From positions 18,805 to 82,804 of the forward strand of contig MTND01000009.1 in assembly GCA_002010305.1 (NCBI GenBank): a stretch of 64,000 nucleotides of DNA, written 5' to 3'. A program made the position numbers and the translations under genes. This document shows, in pieces, positions 35,651-44,767 of the stretch. The notes under the pieces are model-generated. The model saw nothing but the letters and a program-made list of their open reading frames with translations, was not told where the DNA came from and searched no databases. The DNA comes from Archaeoglobi archaeon JdFR-42. GTDB lineage: Archaea; Halobacteriota; Archaeoglobi; Archaeoglobales; JdFR-42. Every line of letters begins with the position of its first letter. Position 1 is the stretch's first letter.

Positions 35651-36832
35651 TCATTTCATATTACCTGATCCAATTACCATTTCCAGATCCTTATCTCCCC
35701 TACCAGAAAGACATATAACCACTTTCTCATTATTTCCCATACTCTTTGCGAGCTTAAGAGCGTAATACAGAGCATGAGACGATTCAAGAGCGGGAATAAT
35801 ACCCTCCAGCCTAGACAATAGATGAAAAGCTTTCAGTGCATCTTTGTCACATACAGATACAACTTCCATTCTTCCGCACTCTTTCAGGAAAGCAAGTTCA
35901 GGTCCAACACCTGGATAATCAAGACCTGCTGCGATACTGTGGGTTTCACAAATCTGCCCATCATGCTGGAGAAAATACGAGTACATTCCATGGAATACCC
36001 CCTTCTCTCCTTCACAAAGAGTTGCTGCGCCTTTTTTGCCGTCTCCGCCTGCTTCAACTCCAATCAGTCTTACACTTTCATCAAGAAAAGGATGGAAAAA
36101 ACCAATGGCATTACTTCCTCCCCCTACACATGCCACAAGTACATCCGGGTGTGCCATTTTTTTCTTAACTTCCTGGCCTATGATAGATTGAAAATCCCTT
36201 ACAATAGTGGGATACGGATGAGGACCAACAACAGAGCCAATGAGATAATGGGTTGTTTCAAAGCTGGCAACCCAGTCTTTCAGGGCCTGATTAATAGCCT
36301 CTTTCAGCGTCATGGAACTTTCTCTTACCACATGAATCTTAGCCCCCAGTAACTTCATTCTGAAGACGTTTGTATTCTGGCGTTCGACATCCTTCGCACC
36401 CATATAAATTTCAGTTTTCAATCCAAACAGAGCTCCAACCATCGCTACTGCAGTTCCATGCTGTCCTGCTCCAGTCTCAGCAATTATCCGATTCTTTCCC
36501 ATTTTGAGAGCGAGTAATGCCTGACCGATGGCATTGTTAATCTTGTGGGCACCTCCATGCAAGAGGTCTTCTCTCTTGAGATAAATCTCCGCACCACCAC
36601 TTATTTTCGTGAGATTTCTTGCAAGAGTTAAAGGAGTTGGTCTGCCAGCGTACTCTTTCAGACAGCTCTTGTATAGCCTCCAGAATTCTCGATTCTTTTT
36701 TACCTTCTCATATTCCCTTATGAGCTCTCTCAGAGGCTGAATGAGAGGTTCTGGGACATAATATCCACCAAATTTACCAAATTTTCCAGATGTACCATAT
36801 TTGGTATATTTATTAATCTCTTTCACCACCAT
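35651..36832 (-). CDS. trpB: tryptophan synthase beta chain
   Basis: [12 protein letters not shown]-lysine motif and GGGSNAIG. Confidence 0.95.
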   Translation of the reverse strand: MVVKEINKYTKYGTSGKFGKFGGYYVPEPLIQPLRELIREYEKVKKNREFWRLYKSCLKEYAGRPTPLTLARNLTKISGGAEIYLKREDLLHGGAHKINNAIGQALLALKMGKNRIIAETGAGQHGTAVAMVGALFGLKTEIYMGAKDVERQNTNVFRMKLLGAKIHVVRESSMTLKEAINQALKDWVASFETTHYLIGSVVGPHPYPTIVRDFQSIIGQEVKKKMAHPDVLVACVGGGSNAIGFFHPFLDESVRLIGVEAGGDGKKGAATLCEGEKGVFHGMYSYFLQHDGQICETHSIAAGLDYPGVGPELAFLKECGRMEVVSVCDKDALKAFHLLSRLEGIIPALESSHALYYALKLAKSMGNNEKVVICLSGRGDKDLEMVIGSGNMK

Positions 36833-36853
36833 ATTCTTCTTCTTTCTATTCCG

Positions 36854-37435
36854 TCACCTTATGTATTCGTTATACCAGTTCTCCATAAGCAGAAATCCCT
36901 GCGGGGATAGAACGCTTTCTGGATGAAACTGAACTCCCTCCAGTGGACGATTTTTATGTCTTAATGCCATAATTATTCCATCTGAAGTTCTAGCAGAAAC
37001 TTCCATAATTCGGGGTGGATTTTCTACAACTAGTGAGTGATACCTCCCAACCCTCATGGGTTCTGGCAATCCTTTGAAAATTGTTTTTCTATCATGAAAT
37101 ATCTTAGAGATCTTTCCATGAACCGGGCCAGATGGACTTAACTTTATTTCGGCGCCATATGCAAATCCAAGAGCTTGATGCCCCAGACATATACCCAGTA
37201 TCGGAATTTCTACTAGATTTTTAATGATCTCTATACAGCTTCCTACATCCCTTTTCCGTCGTGGTGTACCTGGTCCTGGAGAGATTACCACTCCCTTCAG
37301 ATTGCTGAATCTCTTCTCAAGAAAGGCTGAAGTAATAATGTTGGACACCACTTTCACATCTGATTCTATTCTGGATAAATATTCCACCAGATTCCATACA
37401 AAGGAGTCCTTGTTATCTACAACTACCACGGTCAT
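36854..37435 (-). CDS. trpG: anthranilate synthase component II (glutamine amidotransferase)
   Basis: GICLGHQ catalytic Cys motif and the HPES His-Glu. Confidence 0.9.
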   Translation of the reverse strand: MTVVVVDNKDSFVWNLVEYLSRIESDVKVVSNIITSAFLEKRFSNLKGVVISPGPGTPRRKRDVGSCIEIIKNLVEIPILGICLGHQALGFAYGAEIKLSPSGPVHGKISKIFHDRKTIFKGLPEPMRVGRYHSLVVENPPRIMEVSARTSDGIIMALRHKNRPLEGVQFHPESVLSPQGFLLMENWYNEYIR

Positions 37436-37451
37436 TTCATAATCCCCAATT

Positions 37452-38846
37452 TTATAACCCCAGAGCTTTTTTTAACCCCATCATCTTATGTTCTGTCTCG
37501 CGGTATTCTTTCTCCGGGACAGAATCTGCCACAATACCTGCTCCTGCCCTTAGAGTAGCAATCTTCCTTTCAGAATCGTAAATACAGGTTCTAATCGCTA
37601 TAGCAAAGTCTGCATTTCCATTAATTGAGAAATAACCCACTGTTCCACCATATATTCCTCTAGGGGAGTTTTCAAGGCTGTTAATGAGCTCAATGGCCCT
37701 CAGTTTTGGTGCTCCTGTTACTGTCCCTGCTGGAAAGCCAGCTTCTACTGCATCGAACTGATCCTTGTTGTTGTCAAGCTCCCCTTCCACCATACTTTCA
37801 ATATGCTGGACGTGAGAATATTTTACTACTTGCATAAAATCTCTCACTCTGACACTTCCGGGCTTCGAAACCTTTCTGACATCATTTCTAGCCAGATCAA
37901 CAAGCATTACATGTTCTGCTCTCTCTTTCTCATTTTCCAGTAGCTTTCTGGCAAGTTCTTCATCTTCTTTGCTGTTTCTCCCCCTTGGACAGGTTCCAGC
38001 TATAGGATTTATGATCACTTTCCCATTATGAACACTCACCAAGGTCTCAGGACTTGATCCAAAAATATACAGAGGGTTAAAGTCGAGGAAAAACATGTAG
38101 GGGCTTGGATTTAACAACCTGAGCCTGTTATATACATCTCTTATGTTTCCTTCGTAATAAAAATCCAGTTTCCTGGAAATAACAAGCTGAAAAACATCTC
38201 CTTTCATTATGTAATCTCTGGCTTTTTCCACTTTTTCTACAAACTCTAGTTTTTCCATATCTCCTGAAACAAAACGACAGACTTCTTTTTTTGGTTTACC
38301 CTCAGACTTTCTGAACACTCCAAGAATATCTGAATTTCTGTCTGTGAATTCAACGATAAACATCTTTTTCAAAACATGATCCAAAACAACGACTTTATCA
38401 TAGAAGGCGAAATCAGCAAATATCTTTCCCCCTGTACCTTTTCCACTTTCTCCTATCATCAAGCTGGCAGTGTCGTGGGAAATATATCCAACAAGACCTC
38501 CGAGGAAAACCGATGTTTCTAGGCTGATAGAAGGTAACGATACAGGCTTTATCCCTTCCACCATACAGTTCATCACAGCTCTTAATATGGAGAATGGATT
38601 TCCAGTTGAATGATTCAGAGAATCAAGGATTCGTTCTTCAATAGAGGTCTCCCCAACCATCGTTACACCTCTTTCACCAATTTTTATCCTGAAGAGAGGG
38701 TTTCCTCCAACAAAAGTAAACCTACCTTTCTTATTCATCTTCTCTCTAGACTCTAGAATAAATGGGAGATCTGTCATCCTAAATCTCTCATACACATCAA
38801 TTTCCTTCATGTAAGGTCTTTCTGTGATTCTAATCGTAAAATTCAA
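37452..38846 (-). CDS. trpE: anthranilate synthase component I
   Basis: GTVTGAPK and the chorismate-binding C-terminal domain. Confidence 0.9.
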   Translation of the reverse strand: MNFTIRITERPYMKEIDVYERFRMTDLPFILESREKMNKKGRFTFVGGNPLFRIKIGERGVTMVGETSIEERILDSLNHSTGNPFSILRAVMNCMVEGIKPVSLPSISLETSVFLGGLVGYISHDTASLMIGESGKGTGGKIFADFAFYDKVVVLDHVLKKMFIVEFTDRNSDILGVFRKSEGKPKKEVCRFVSGDMEKLEFVEKVEKARDYIMKGDVFQLVISRKLDFYYEGNIRDVYNRLRLLNPSPYMFFLDFNPLYIFGSSPETLVSVHNGKVIINPIAGTCPRGRNSKEDEELARKLLENEKERAEHVMLVDLARNDVRKVSKPGSVRVRDFMQVVKYSHVQHIESMVEGELDNNKDQFDAVEAGFPAGTVTGAPKLRAIELINSLENSPRGIYGGTVGYFSINGNADFAIAIRTCIYDSERKIATLRAGAGIVADSVPEKEYRETEHKMMGLKKALGL

Positions 38847-39519
38847 AACTTTTCACCTCCCTGACGAACTCAGAGACTTTTTGCCTGTTTTTACGTCCTC
38901 TAATTTCCACCCCTGACGAGACATCTACTCCAGCAGGACGCAGGAAGAGAGCTTGTTGGACATTCTCCGGATTTAATCCACCTGCCAGAATTACCGGAAT
39001 ACTGCTTCCCTGAATTACTTCCCGGCTGACCCTCCAATCATGAGGTATACCAGTTCCTCCTTCCAAGAGATCTGTATCCAAGACAAGACCATCTACCTCA
39101 TATATTTGCTGCAAAAAGAGGAGCTTTTTTGCCTCAATTTCTGGATTTTCAGCTTTTATCGGGACTTTCAGTACTTTGAAAATCTTTCCTGAAAAATCCT
39201 CTTTTATCTTCTCTACTTCCTCAGACGTAATATCTCCGTGAAGCTGAATTGCATCTGGTTTTATATGCTCGATGATCCTAATAATCTCCTCTGAAGATGT
39301 TGAGGTAGTGACAAAGAAACTAGTCAGCCCATTACCTCTTGCCATAGATATCAGTTCTCTCGCTTTATTTGCTGTGATTCTCCTTTTAGAGTTCACCTTT
39401 CCAACTACAAACCCAATTCCGTCCACACCACTCTGAGTAAGGAGTTCAATATCCTTTTCCTCTTTGATTCCACAAATTTTGATAAAAACCTGGTCTTTCA
39501 GAATTTCAAACACGTCCAC
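38830..39519 (-). CDS. trpF: phosphoribosylanthranilate isomerase
   Basis: KICGI start, QLHG, and position within the trp operon. Confidence 0.85.
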   Translation of the reverse strand: MDVFEILKDQVFIKICGIKEEKDIELLTQSGVDGIGFVVGKVNSKRRITANKARELISMARGNGLTSFFVTTSTSSEEIIRIIEHIKPDAIQLHGDITSEEVEKIKEDFSGKIFKVLKVPIKAENPEIEAKKLLFLQQIYEVDGLVLDTDLLEGGTGIPHDWRVSREVIQGSSIPVILAGGLNPENVQQALFLRPAGVDVSSGVEIRGRKNRQKVSEFVREVKSFEFYD

Positions 39520-40522
39520 ACCTCAATCTCCTATAATATGCCATAACTCTTTTCACGTGTTTCAACACTGTACCATCCTCAAAACCGTGTCTGCATGCTT
39601 CAATCCCATCTTCTATACTCTGAACTCTTTCAGCAGCATAAAGAGCCATTCCAGCGTTTATGAGTATAAAATCTCTGATTGGGCCCTCTTTATTGGAAAA
39701 AGCATCCAAGATGACTCTCTTATTATACCTACTGTCTCCTCCAGCAACCTCTGTGAGTTTTCTTCTCTCAAATCCAAAGTCTTCTGGCTGTATAGCATAG
39801 CTATCAACACAATTCCTCACTTCATACACCTGAGTTGCCTCTGCTATAGATACCTCATCCAGTCCAGAGCCATGTACTACAATACCCCTAATACCCAGCA
39901 TCAGCATCGATTCGGCTAGGATCTTGCATAGATGTGGGCTATAAACACCAATAAGCTGATAATCTGGTTCCACAGGATTGGATAATGGTCCCAGGATATT
40001 GAAGATAGTAGGTATCTTCAAAATTTTGCGTACTCCTGCAACTCTGGACATAGTTCGATGGATCAAAGGGGCGTACAGAAAAGAGAGACCAGCTTCCTGG
40101 AGAGTTAGATTCACCATCTCGGATGTCAGGGAAGGATGAATCCCTAATTCTTTCAGTAAATCTGCACTTCCACACCTTGATGTTATACCAGAGTTTCCAT
40201 GCTTGGCAACCGGAATAAAGCATGATAAAACGAGGGCTGATGCAGTGCTCACATTTATTGTATTCAGGCCATCTCCTCCTGTACCACATGTGTCCGCAAC
40301 ATGCATGGAGACCTCTATCTTTCCCGCCATATGCCTTAGTGCTCTTGCAAATCCTGTGACTTCTTCTGAAGTGATCTGTTTAGTCTGTAAGGCTGAAAGG
40401 ATGGCTGCCACTTCAACATCACTTGCATATACCATTTGCCTTAAAAGCTGGTCAGCTTCATCTACTCCCAGATCCTCTCCTGACATCAGTTTGTTTAATG
40501 CTAGAGAAATGCTTGAAACCAT
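39506..40522 (-). CDS. trpD: anthranilate phosphoribosyltransferase
   Basis: DTCGTGGDG and KHGN motifs. Confidence 0.9.
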   Translation of the reverse strand: MVSSISLALNKLMSGEDLGVDEADQLLRQMVYASDVEVAAILSALQTKQITSEEVTGFARALRHMAGKIEVSMHVADTCGTGGDGLNTINVSTASALVLSCFIPVAKHGNSGITSRCGSADLLKELGIHPSLTSEMVNLTLQEAGLSFLYAPLIHRTMSRVAGVRKILKIPTIFNILGPLSNPVEPDYQLIGVYSPHLCKILAESMLMLGIRGIVVHGSGLDEVSIAEATQVYEVRNCVDSYAIQPEDFGFERRKLTEVAGGDSRYNKRVILDAFSNKEGPIRDFILINAGMALYAAERVQSIEDGIEACRHGFEDGTVLKHVKRVMAYYRRLRCGRV

Positions 40523-41199
40523 TATATCGCCTCCACAAAAGATCTTACAGTCTTTTCCGGGTTACTAGCTAGCATAAAGGCTGTTCCAACAAGTATGCCA
40601 TCTACAACTTTCATGACCTCTCTAACATCGGATATAGAGCCTATTCCACTCTCACTGATAAGGATAGATGATTTTGGGACAAACTTCGAGAGTAAGAGAG
40701 TTCTAGAGATATCACCGTCATCCTTTTCCAGCTTTGTAATGTCCCTATTGTTTATGCCAATAAGCTTTGCATGATACTTTTTCGCAATATCAATATCATC
40801 CTTGCAACTGGTTTCTACCAGACCAGCAATACCATAATCGTGACAGTAATCAAGCATGATCCCCAGTCTGTCTTTTACCATGCCTGCGAGGAACAGGACA
40901 GCATCAACTCCACAATCCACACTGTCATCGATATCTTGTATATCCAGAATGAAGTCTTTTCTTAACACAGGTAAGTTGCTCACTGAACACAAATCTTTGA
41001 GAAGTCTCATATCCCCACCAAAAAATCTGCTCTCAGTTATATACGAAATTGCTCTTGCGCCTCCTTTTTCATATGCATCCAGAAGTGTAAAAGGGTCTCT
41101 CCCCCTCATCAGATCTCCATATTTTGGGGATCTCGGTTTGATCTCAGCAATCACCGCATTGGCGCCATTGTCTATACTGAGAGCTCGAATAAACCTCAT
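40522..41199 (-). CDS. trpC: indole-3-glycerol-phosphate synthase
   Basis: IAEIKPRSP and LRKDF motifs. First gene of the trp run. Confidence 0.85.
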   Translation of the reverse strand: MRFIRALSIDNGANAVIAEIKPRSPKYGDLMRGRDPFTLLDAYEKGGARAISYITESRFFGGDMRLLKDLCSVSNLPVLRKDFILDIQDIDDSVDCGVDAVLFLAGMVKDRLGIMLDYCHDYGIAGLVETSCKDDIDIAKKYHAKLIGINNRDITKLEKDDGDISRTLLLSKFVPKSSILISESGIGSISDVREVMKVVDGILVGTAFMLASNPEKTVRSFVEAI

Positions 41200-41297
41200 A
41201 CCACACCCTCTCTTATATTTTTACAATATATCCCGCAAAACAAGCAAACTGTCCAGAAATATCTTTTCAGAGATTTTCTCGAGAAATACTGACTGTA

Positions 41298-41316
41298 TGT
41301 AAATCCGGTATTTACA
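41298..41316. promoter_or_regulatory. 19-bp palindrome TGTAAATCCGGTATTTACA in the trp / ACT-regulator divergent region
   Basis: 7-bp inverted repeat with a 5-nt spacer and the same TGTAAA-N7-TTTACA geometry as the other copies, 99-117 nt upstream of the trpC ATG. A separate perfect 12-bp palindrome TTTCTCGAGAAA lies at 41275..41286. Confidence 0.5.
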
Positions 41317-41611
41317 GTTTCTTTCAAAAAACTGGATTTAAAGGCCGTATATAACTCTGAACCTAATCCTAAATAAAATAACTTTCTGAGATTATAAGGC
41401 CCTAACAGGCCAAACGCATTCACCTCTGGTATTACTTGGTATCACTGTAGCGATTCCTATCATCCATATCACTCGACAATCAACCACATATATGGTATTT
41501 AAATCTTTCTATTATGAATAAACTCAAAAATTGGTATTGAACTACTATAATGTGGTGTAAACCTATAATACAGGGGAAACCTTTAAAAGTTTCTTTATAA
41601 ATCTTCATTTA

Positions 41612-42109
41612 ATGTGGGATCGAATCAAGAGTAAATTTGATAAGTACCCTTCAAGGATGGAAGTAGCCAAAGAATTTCTGAGACTGGGCATTTCGGTCAG
41701 AGATGGAAAAGCCTGGTGTGGCAATATTGAATTAACACCGTCTAAAATAGCCAGAACCCTTGGAGTAGACAGAAAAGTAGTTCTTTCAACTATTCAGATT
41801 ATTGAACGTGATGAAGTCCTCAAAAAGGTATATTCTCTTATAAAACCCATCGCATATATTGGAGATGTGGCCCAACTTTTTGACTTTGGGGTACTGGAGA
41901 TATATGCAGAATCTGAAAAAAGCGGTATTGTTGGAAGTATTGCAGGGATACTTGGGAAAGAGGGTATATCCATTCGGTTTATAATAGCAGAAGACCCTGA
42001 GTTGAGTATTGACCCTAAACTCACCATTGTTACAGAAAAAAGAGTGCCGGGTCGAATTATAGACCAGTTACTAAAAGTCAATGGAGTGAAAAAAATTGTG
42101 GTTTCCTGA
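41612..42109 (+). CDS. ACT-domain putative regulator of amino-acid metabolism (N-terminal DNA-binding-like region + ACT)
   Basis: 165 aa. The N-terminal half is HTH-like (PSKIARTLGVDRKVVLSTIQ). The C-terminal half has an ACT pattern (LEIYAESEKSGIVGSIAGILGKEGISIR). It is divergent from the trp operon. Confidence 0.65.
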   Translation: MWDRIKSKFDKYPSRMEVAKEFLRLGISVRDGKAWCGNIELTPSKIARTLGVDRKVVLSTIQIIERDEVLKKVYSLIKPIAYIGDVAQLFDFGVLEIYAESEKSGIVGSIAGILGKEGISIRFIIAEDPELSIDPKLTIVTEKRVPGRIIDQLLKVNGVKKIVVS

Positions 42110-42110
42110 A

Positions 42111-43286
42111 TTACCTTCTCGAGATGCTCAGCATTTCTACTGTGAAAGCTATGAAGGAGAGCAACAGAATTATCCCTCCTACCATCACTACATATGCCGT
42201 TAAAGGCTGAAGAACGAACAGTATTATACCTGCATTTGTTGAATATAAAAGAGTTCTGGCTAGTTTTGCATTGTACATATCCTTGATCATAGGAACATCC
42301 TGAACTCCAAGTTTCGTGCTGTATTTTTCAATCCAGACCATCATAGGCACTATGTGGTACATGGCACCGATAATGGTGAGAGTTATCCATCCTACCAAGA
42401 TGAAATGCACATGAAGAAACCGGAGAGGATATACAAGATTCAACAGTCCAAGAGTTACCCCAATGACGCTGTAGAATAATCCATACACAAAGAAGACTGC
42501 ACTTATGTCGACTTCATCATGATCTCCCGGCTGAAAGTATGAGCGCACCATATTGTAGAAGAATAGATAAAAAGATACAACAAAGATAGAGCCGGATAAA
42601 ATCAGATAACTTCTGTCGAAAGTGAATGCCAAGAACATTCCCACCAAGCCGACATTAGAGAGCCAAAATTGCCATTTAGCTAAGGTAAGAGAATGGAGCT
42701 TTTTGAGAGCCAGCATTGGCAATAATTCATGGAGACCACCCATGGTAGTTATAACAACCCATCCAATAACAAGCAAGTGGGCATGAGCTAGAACGTTAAA
42801 AGGTACAATCCCCAATCTAGATAACACAACCAGGATGACACCCACAATAAAGTATATAATAGCAGCAACAAAGAACCAACCAGCTGGGCTCATTTTATGC
42901 CATCCTTTCACCCTGAATACTGTGTCAAAAATCATGTAAGCAAAGATAATAGATGCAAGGGCAAAAATCGTTCCAAAGAGTTTCAAAAGGCCGTAATTAT
43001 ACAGGAATGCGAAAAACATACCCATAATACCAATGTTAGACAACCAGAATTGAAGATCAGGCAACCTAGAAAAACGAAGATTGACCCCTAGGAAAGTGGG
43101 AACTATCTGGTACATGGCTCCCATGATTGTCAGAGAGACAAAACCAAGAAGCATCAAATGAACATGAGCAGCTCTGAATTCAGGCTTTAAAGTTACAATG
43201 ATCCCGAAAATAGCTCCCACAACCAAGTAGAATAAAGACGTGATTAGGAATCTCAGCGGTAATTTTTTGTATAGAACATTTTCCAT
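42111..43286 (-). CDS. 12-TM histidine-rich membrane protein with a threefold internal repeat (possibly NnrS-like or heme-copper-oxidase-subunit-I-like; family not assigned)
   Basis: 391 aa. HVHLMLLGFVSLTIMGAMYQIVP (res 41-63), HAHLLVIGWVVITTMGGLHELLP (168-190) and HVHFILVGWITLTIIGAMYHIVP (292-314). Also QFWLSNIGIMGMFFAF (79-94) versus QFWLSNVGLVGMFLAF (206-221). Confidence 0.6.
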   Translation of the reverse strand: MENVLYKKLPLRFLITSLFYLVVGAIFGIIVTLKPEFRAAHVHLMLLGFVSLTIMGAMYQIVPTFLGVNLRFSRLPDLQFWLSNIGIMGMFFAFLYNYGLLKLFGTIFALASIIFAYMIFDTVFRVKGWHKMSPAGWFFVAAIIYFIVGVILVVLSRLGIVPFNVLAHAHLLVIGWVVITTMGGLHELLPMLALKKLHSLTLAKWQFWLSNVGLVGMFLAFTFDRSYLILSGSIFVVSFYLFFYNMVRSYFQPGDHDEVDISAVFFVYGLFYSVIGVTLGLLNLVYPLRFLHVHFILVGWITLTIIGAMYHIVPMMVWIEKYSTKLGVQDVPMIKDMYNAKLARTLLYSTNAGIILFVLQPLTAYVVMVGGIILLLSFIAFTVEMLSISRR

Positions 43287-43314
43287 ACTTTGTTTCCTCC
43301 TTTTTTATCTGTAG

Positions 43315-43479
43315 TTAGATGTATTGCTCTAGTTCTTTGATCAGCTTACCTGTATCAAGATTTTTTTGTTGAGCATGCTTTTCCAGACTCAAATTCCCTC
43401 CACAGCAGTCACAGATTCCATATTTTAAGAGAATTTGTTTTAAATTTGGATACGACCGCAGAACTTCTGAAAGAGTCAT
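43315..43479 (-). CDS. DUF1858-type small redox-disulfide domain protein
   Basis: MTLSEVLRSYPNLKQILLKYGICDCCGG... The ATG at 43479 begins 2 nt after the upstream stop. The ORF-track start at 43506 would overlap it. Confidence 0.65.
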   Translation of the reverse strand: MTLSEVLRSYPNLKQILLKYGICDCCGGNLSLEKHAQQKNLDTGKLIKELEQYI

Positions 43480-43480
43480 G

Positions 43481-43999
43481 TCAGGTCTGATTTTCATTTT
43501 TTTCACGCTCCTTACGAATGTATTTTCTAAGATCAGGAAGTGGTCTACTGAGAGCCTCTTTTACCTTCATCACTTCCATAATCTTTTCGTATTTTTCATC
43601 TCCAACACATTTCTTTGCGTACTCACACCACTCAATACAGCTATCTATATCAAAGATTATCTCTCTTCCACAATTGTCACACGTTCCCTTTATCTCATCC
43701 GTCCACCGTTCCACTTCAGCACCACAGTCAGGACAGTTAACTATCTCCAACTTTGGCCTGAGAATGGTGGCAGCCCCAGGACATCTTCCCGGAACAATCT
43801 CAGGTTTGCGAATCTCCAGTTTCACATAATCTCCCTGCTGAGTAGTAGTCACAGAATAACCTTCATCCTTTAATCGTTTAATAAGAGGAGTAGGCTCTGT
43901 TTCTATGATCACATCTAGCTCTTCAGATTCCCTCAGTTTTTCAAAGATAAGAGGGTACTTCTCTTCTCTTTTCAGATTCCTGACATCCAGAACTTCCAT
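43481..43999 (-). CDS. DUF2249 domain fused to an 8-cysteine zinc-ribbon-like C-terminal domain
   Basis: N-terminal LDVRNLKREEKYPLIFEKL ... DVIIETEPTPLI (DUF2249 pattern). The C-terminal Cys pattern is C-x16-C-x2-C-x14-C-x2-C-x10-C-x3-C-x5-C. Confidence 0.6.
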   Translation of the reverse strand: MEVLDVRNLKREEKYPLIFEKLRESEELDVIIETEPTPLIKRLKDEGYSVTTTQQGDYVKLEIRKPEIVPGRCPGAATILRPKLEIVNCPDCGAEVERWTDEIKGTCDNCGREIIFDIDSCIEWCEYAKKCVGDEKYEKIMEVMKVKEALSRPLPDLRKYIRKEREKNENQT

Positions 44000-44003
44000 G
44001 ACC

Positions 44004-44201
44004 TCACCTTCGGATTTCTACCCTCCAGTGATCTTCTTCTTTAATACTCTTGCATGAATATCCTTTCTGGGTAAGCATCTGGATGAGAGGAACAGGATTT
44101 ACTTCTACGATCAAATCCAATTCCCCTTCTTCCTCAAGCTTCTGTATGACGAGAGGAGGCCTCTCAGGATGAGGTATTTTTCTGACATCAAGGGTTGTCA
44201 T
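44004..44201 (-). CDS. DUF2249 domain protein
   Basis: 65 aa. LDVRKIPHPERPPLVIQKLEE ... LIVEVNPVPLI. Confidence 0.65.
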   Translation of the reverse strand: MTTLDVRKIPHPERPPLVIQKLEEEGELDLIVEVNPVPLIQMLTQKGYSCKSIKEEDHWRVEIRR

Positions 44202-44480
44202 CTAAACCTCCTTCAACATTTCTTCAACTTCTTTATCCCGTATGTAGTCTACTACTTTGATCTCTATTTCCTTCGCTCCCGCTTCCCTTACTGCCTTTTT
44301 AATGGCCACTGCCAGTTGCATTCCAATAGGACAGAAAGGACTGGAAGGTTTGAAGGTTAGCTTAACCAAATCTCCATCCACTGTCAGATCCTCTATGAGA
44401 CCCATATCATACACACTCTGAGCTGTATGAGGGTCCATCACATTTTTTAATTTTTCAATTACTTCTTCTTGTGTTACCAT
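44202..44480 (-). CDS. DUF59 / MIP18-family Fe-S assembly-related protein
   Basis: VMDPHTAQSVYDMGLI ... SSPFCP motif. AGGTGAT lies 5 nt upstream of the ATG. Confidence 0.7.
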   Translation of the reverse strand: MVTQEEVIEKLKNVMDPHTAQSVYDMGLIEDLTVDGDLVKLTFKPSSPFCPIGMQLAVAIKKAVREAGAKEIEIKVVDYIRDKEVEEMLKEV

Positions 44481-44767
44481 CTATATCACCTGTAATACTT
44501 TTATATCTACCACATAATTAAGATATTCCCTTATATGTCAGGTAGAAACAGGCTAGGAGTGAGTATTCTAACCCCCAGAATATGTTTACCCCTCCCCCCA
44601 TAATAGTGAGAGGTACTACCACTTTATTTCTGCAAAGTACTATATCACAAACGAGTCAAGCTTACAATTTTCATAGAGAATGATTATAAAAATATAGAAG
44701 AGAGGATTATCCATTAATGAATTTTTTGCTTTCATTTCTCACAAAAGGAAGTCTCCTAACCTCTATT

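Noticed and set aside
35822-36352. 176-aa and 110-aa ORFs antisense to trpB
   Set aside because: The sense strand encodes canonical TrpB, so these are composition-driven.
41196-41423. 75-aa aromatic-rich ORF (8 Phe, 7 Tyr, 1 Trp) ending in an ATGA overlap with trpC; considered as a leader peptide for the aromatic supraoperon
   Set aside because: Its only start is a GTG that is itself part of the SD-like GAGGTGA, with no SD upstream and no internal Met. It has a single Trp and no tandem regulatory codons. The Phe/Tyr richness is what TTT/TAT-rich AT-rich intergenic DNA would produce. It would be worth revisiting only if ribosome profiling shows translation.
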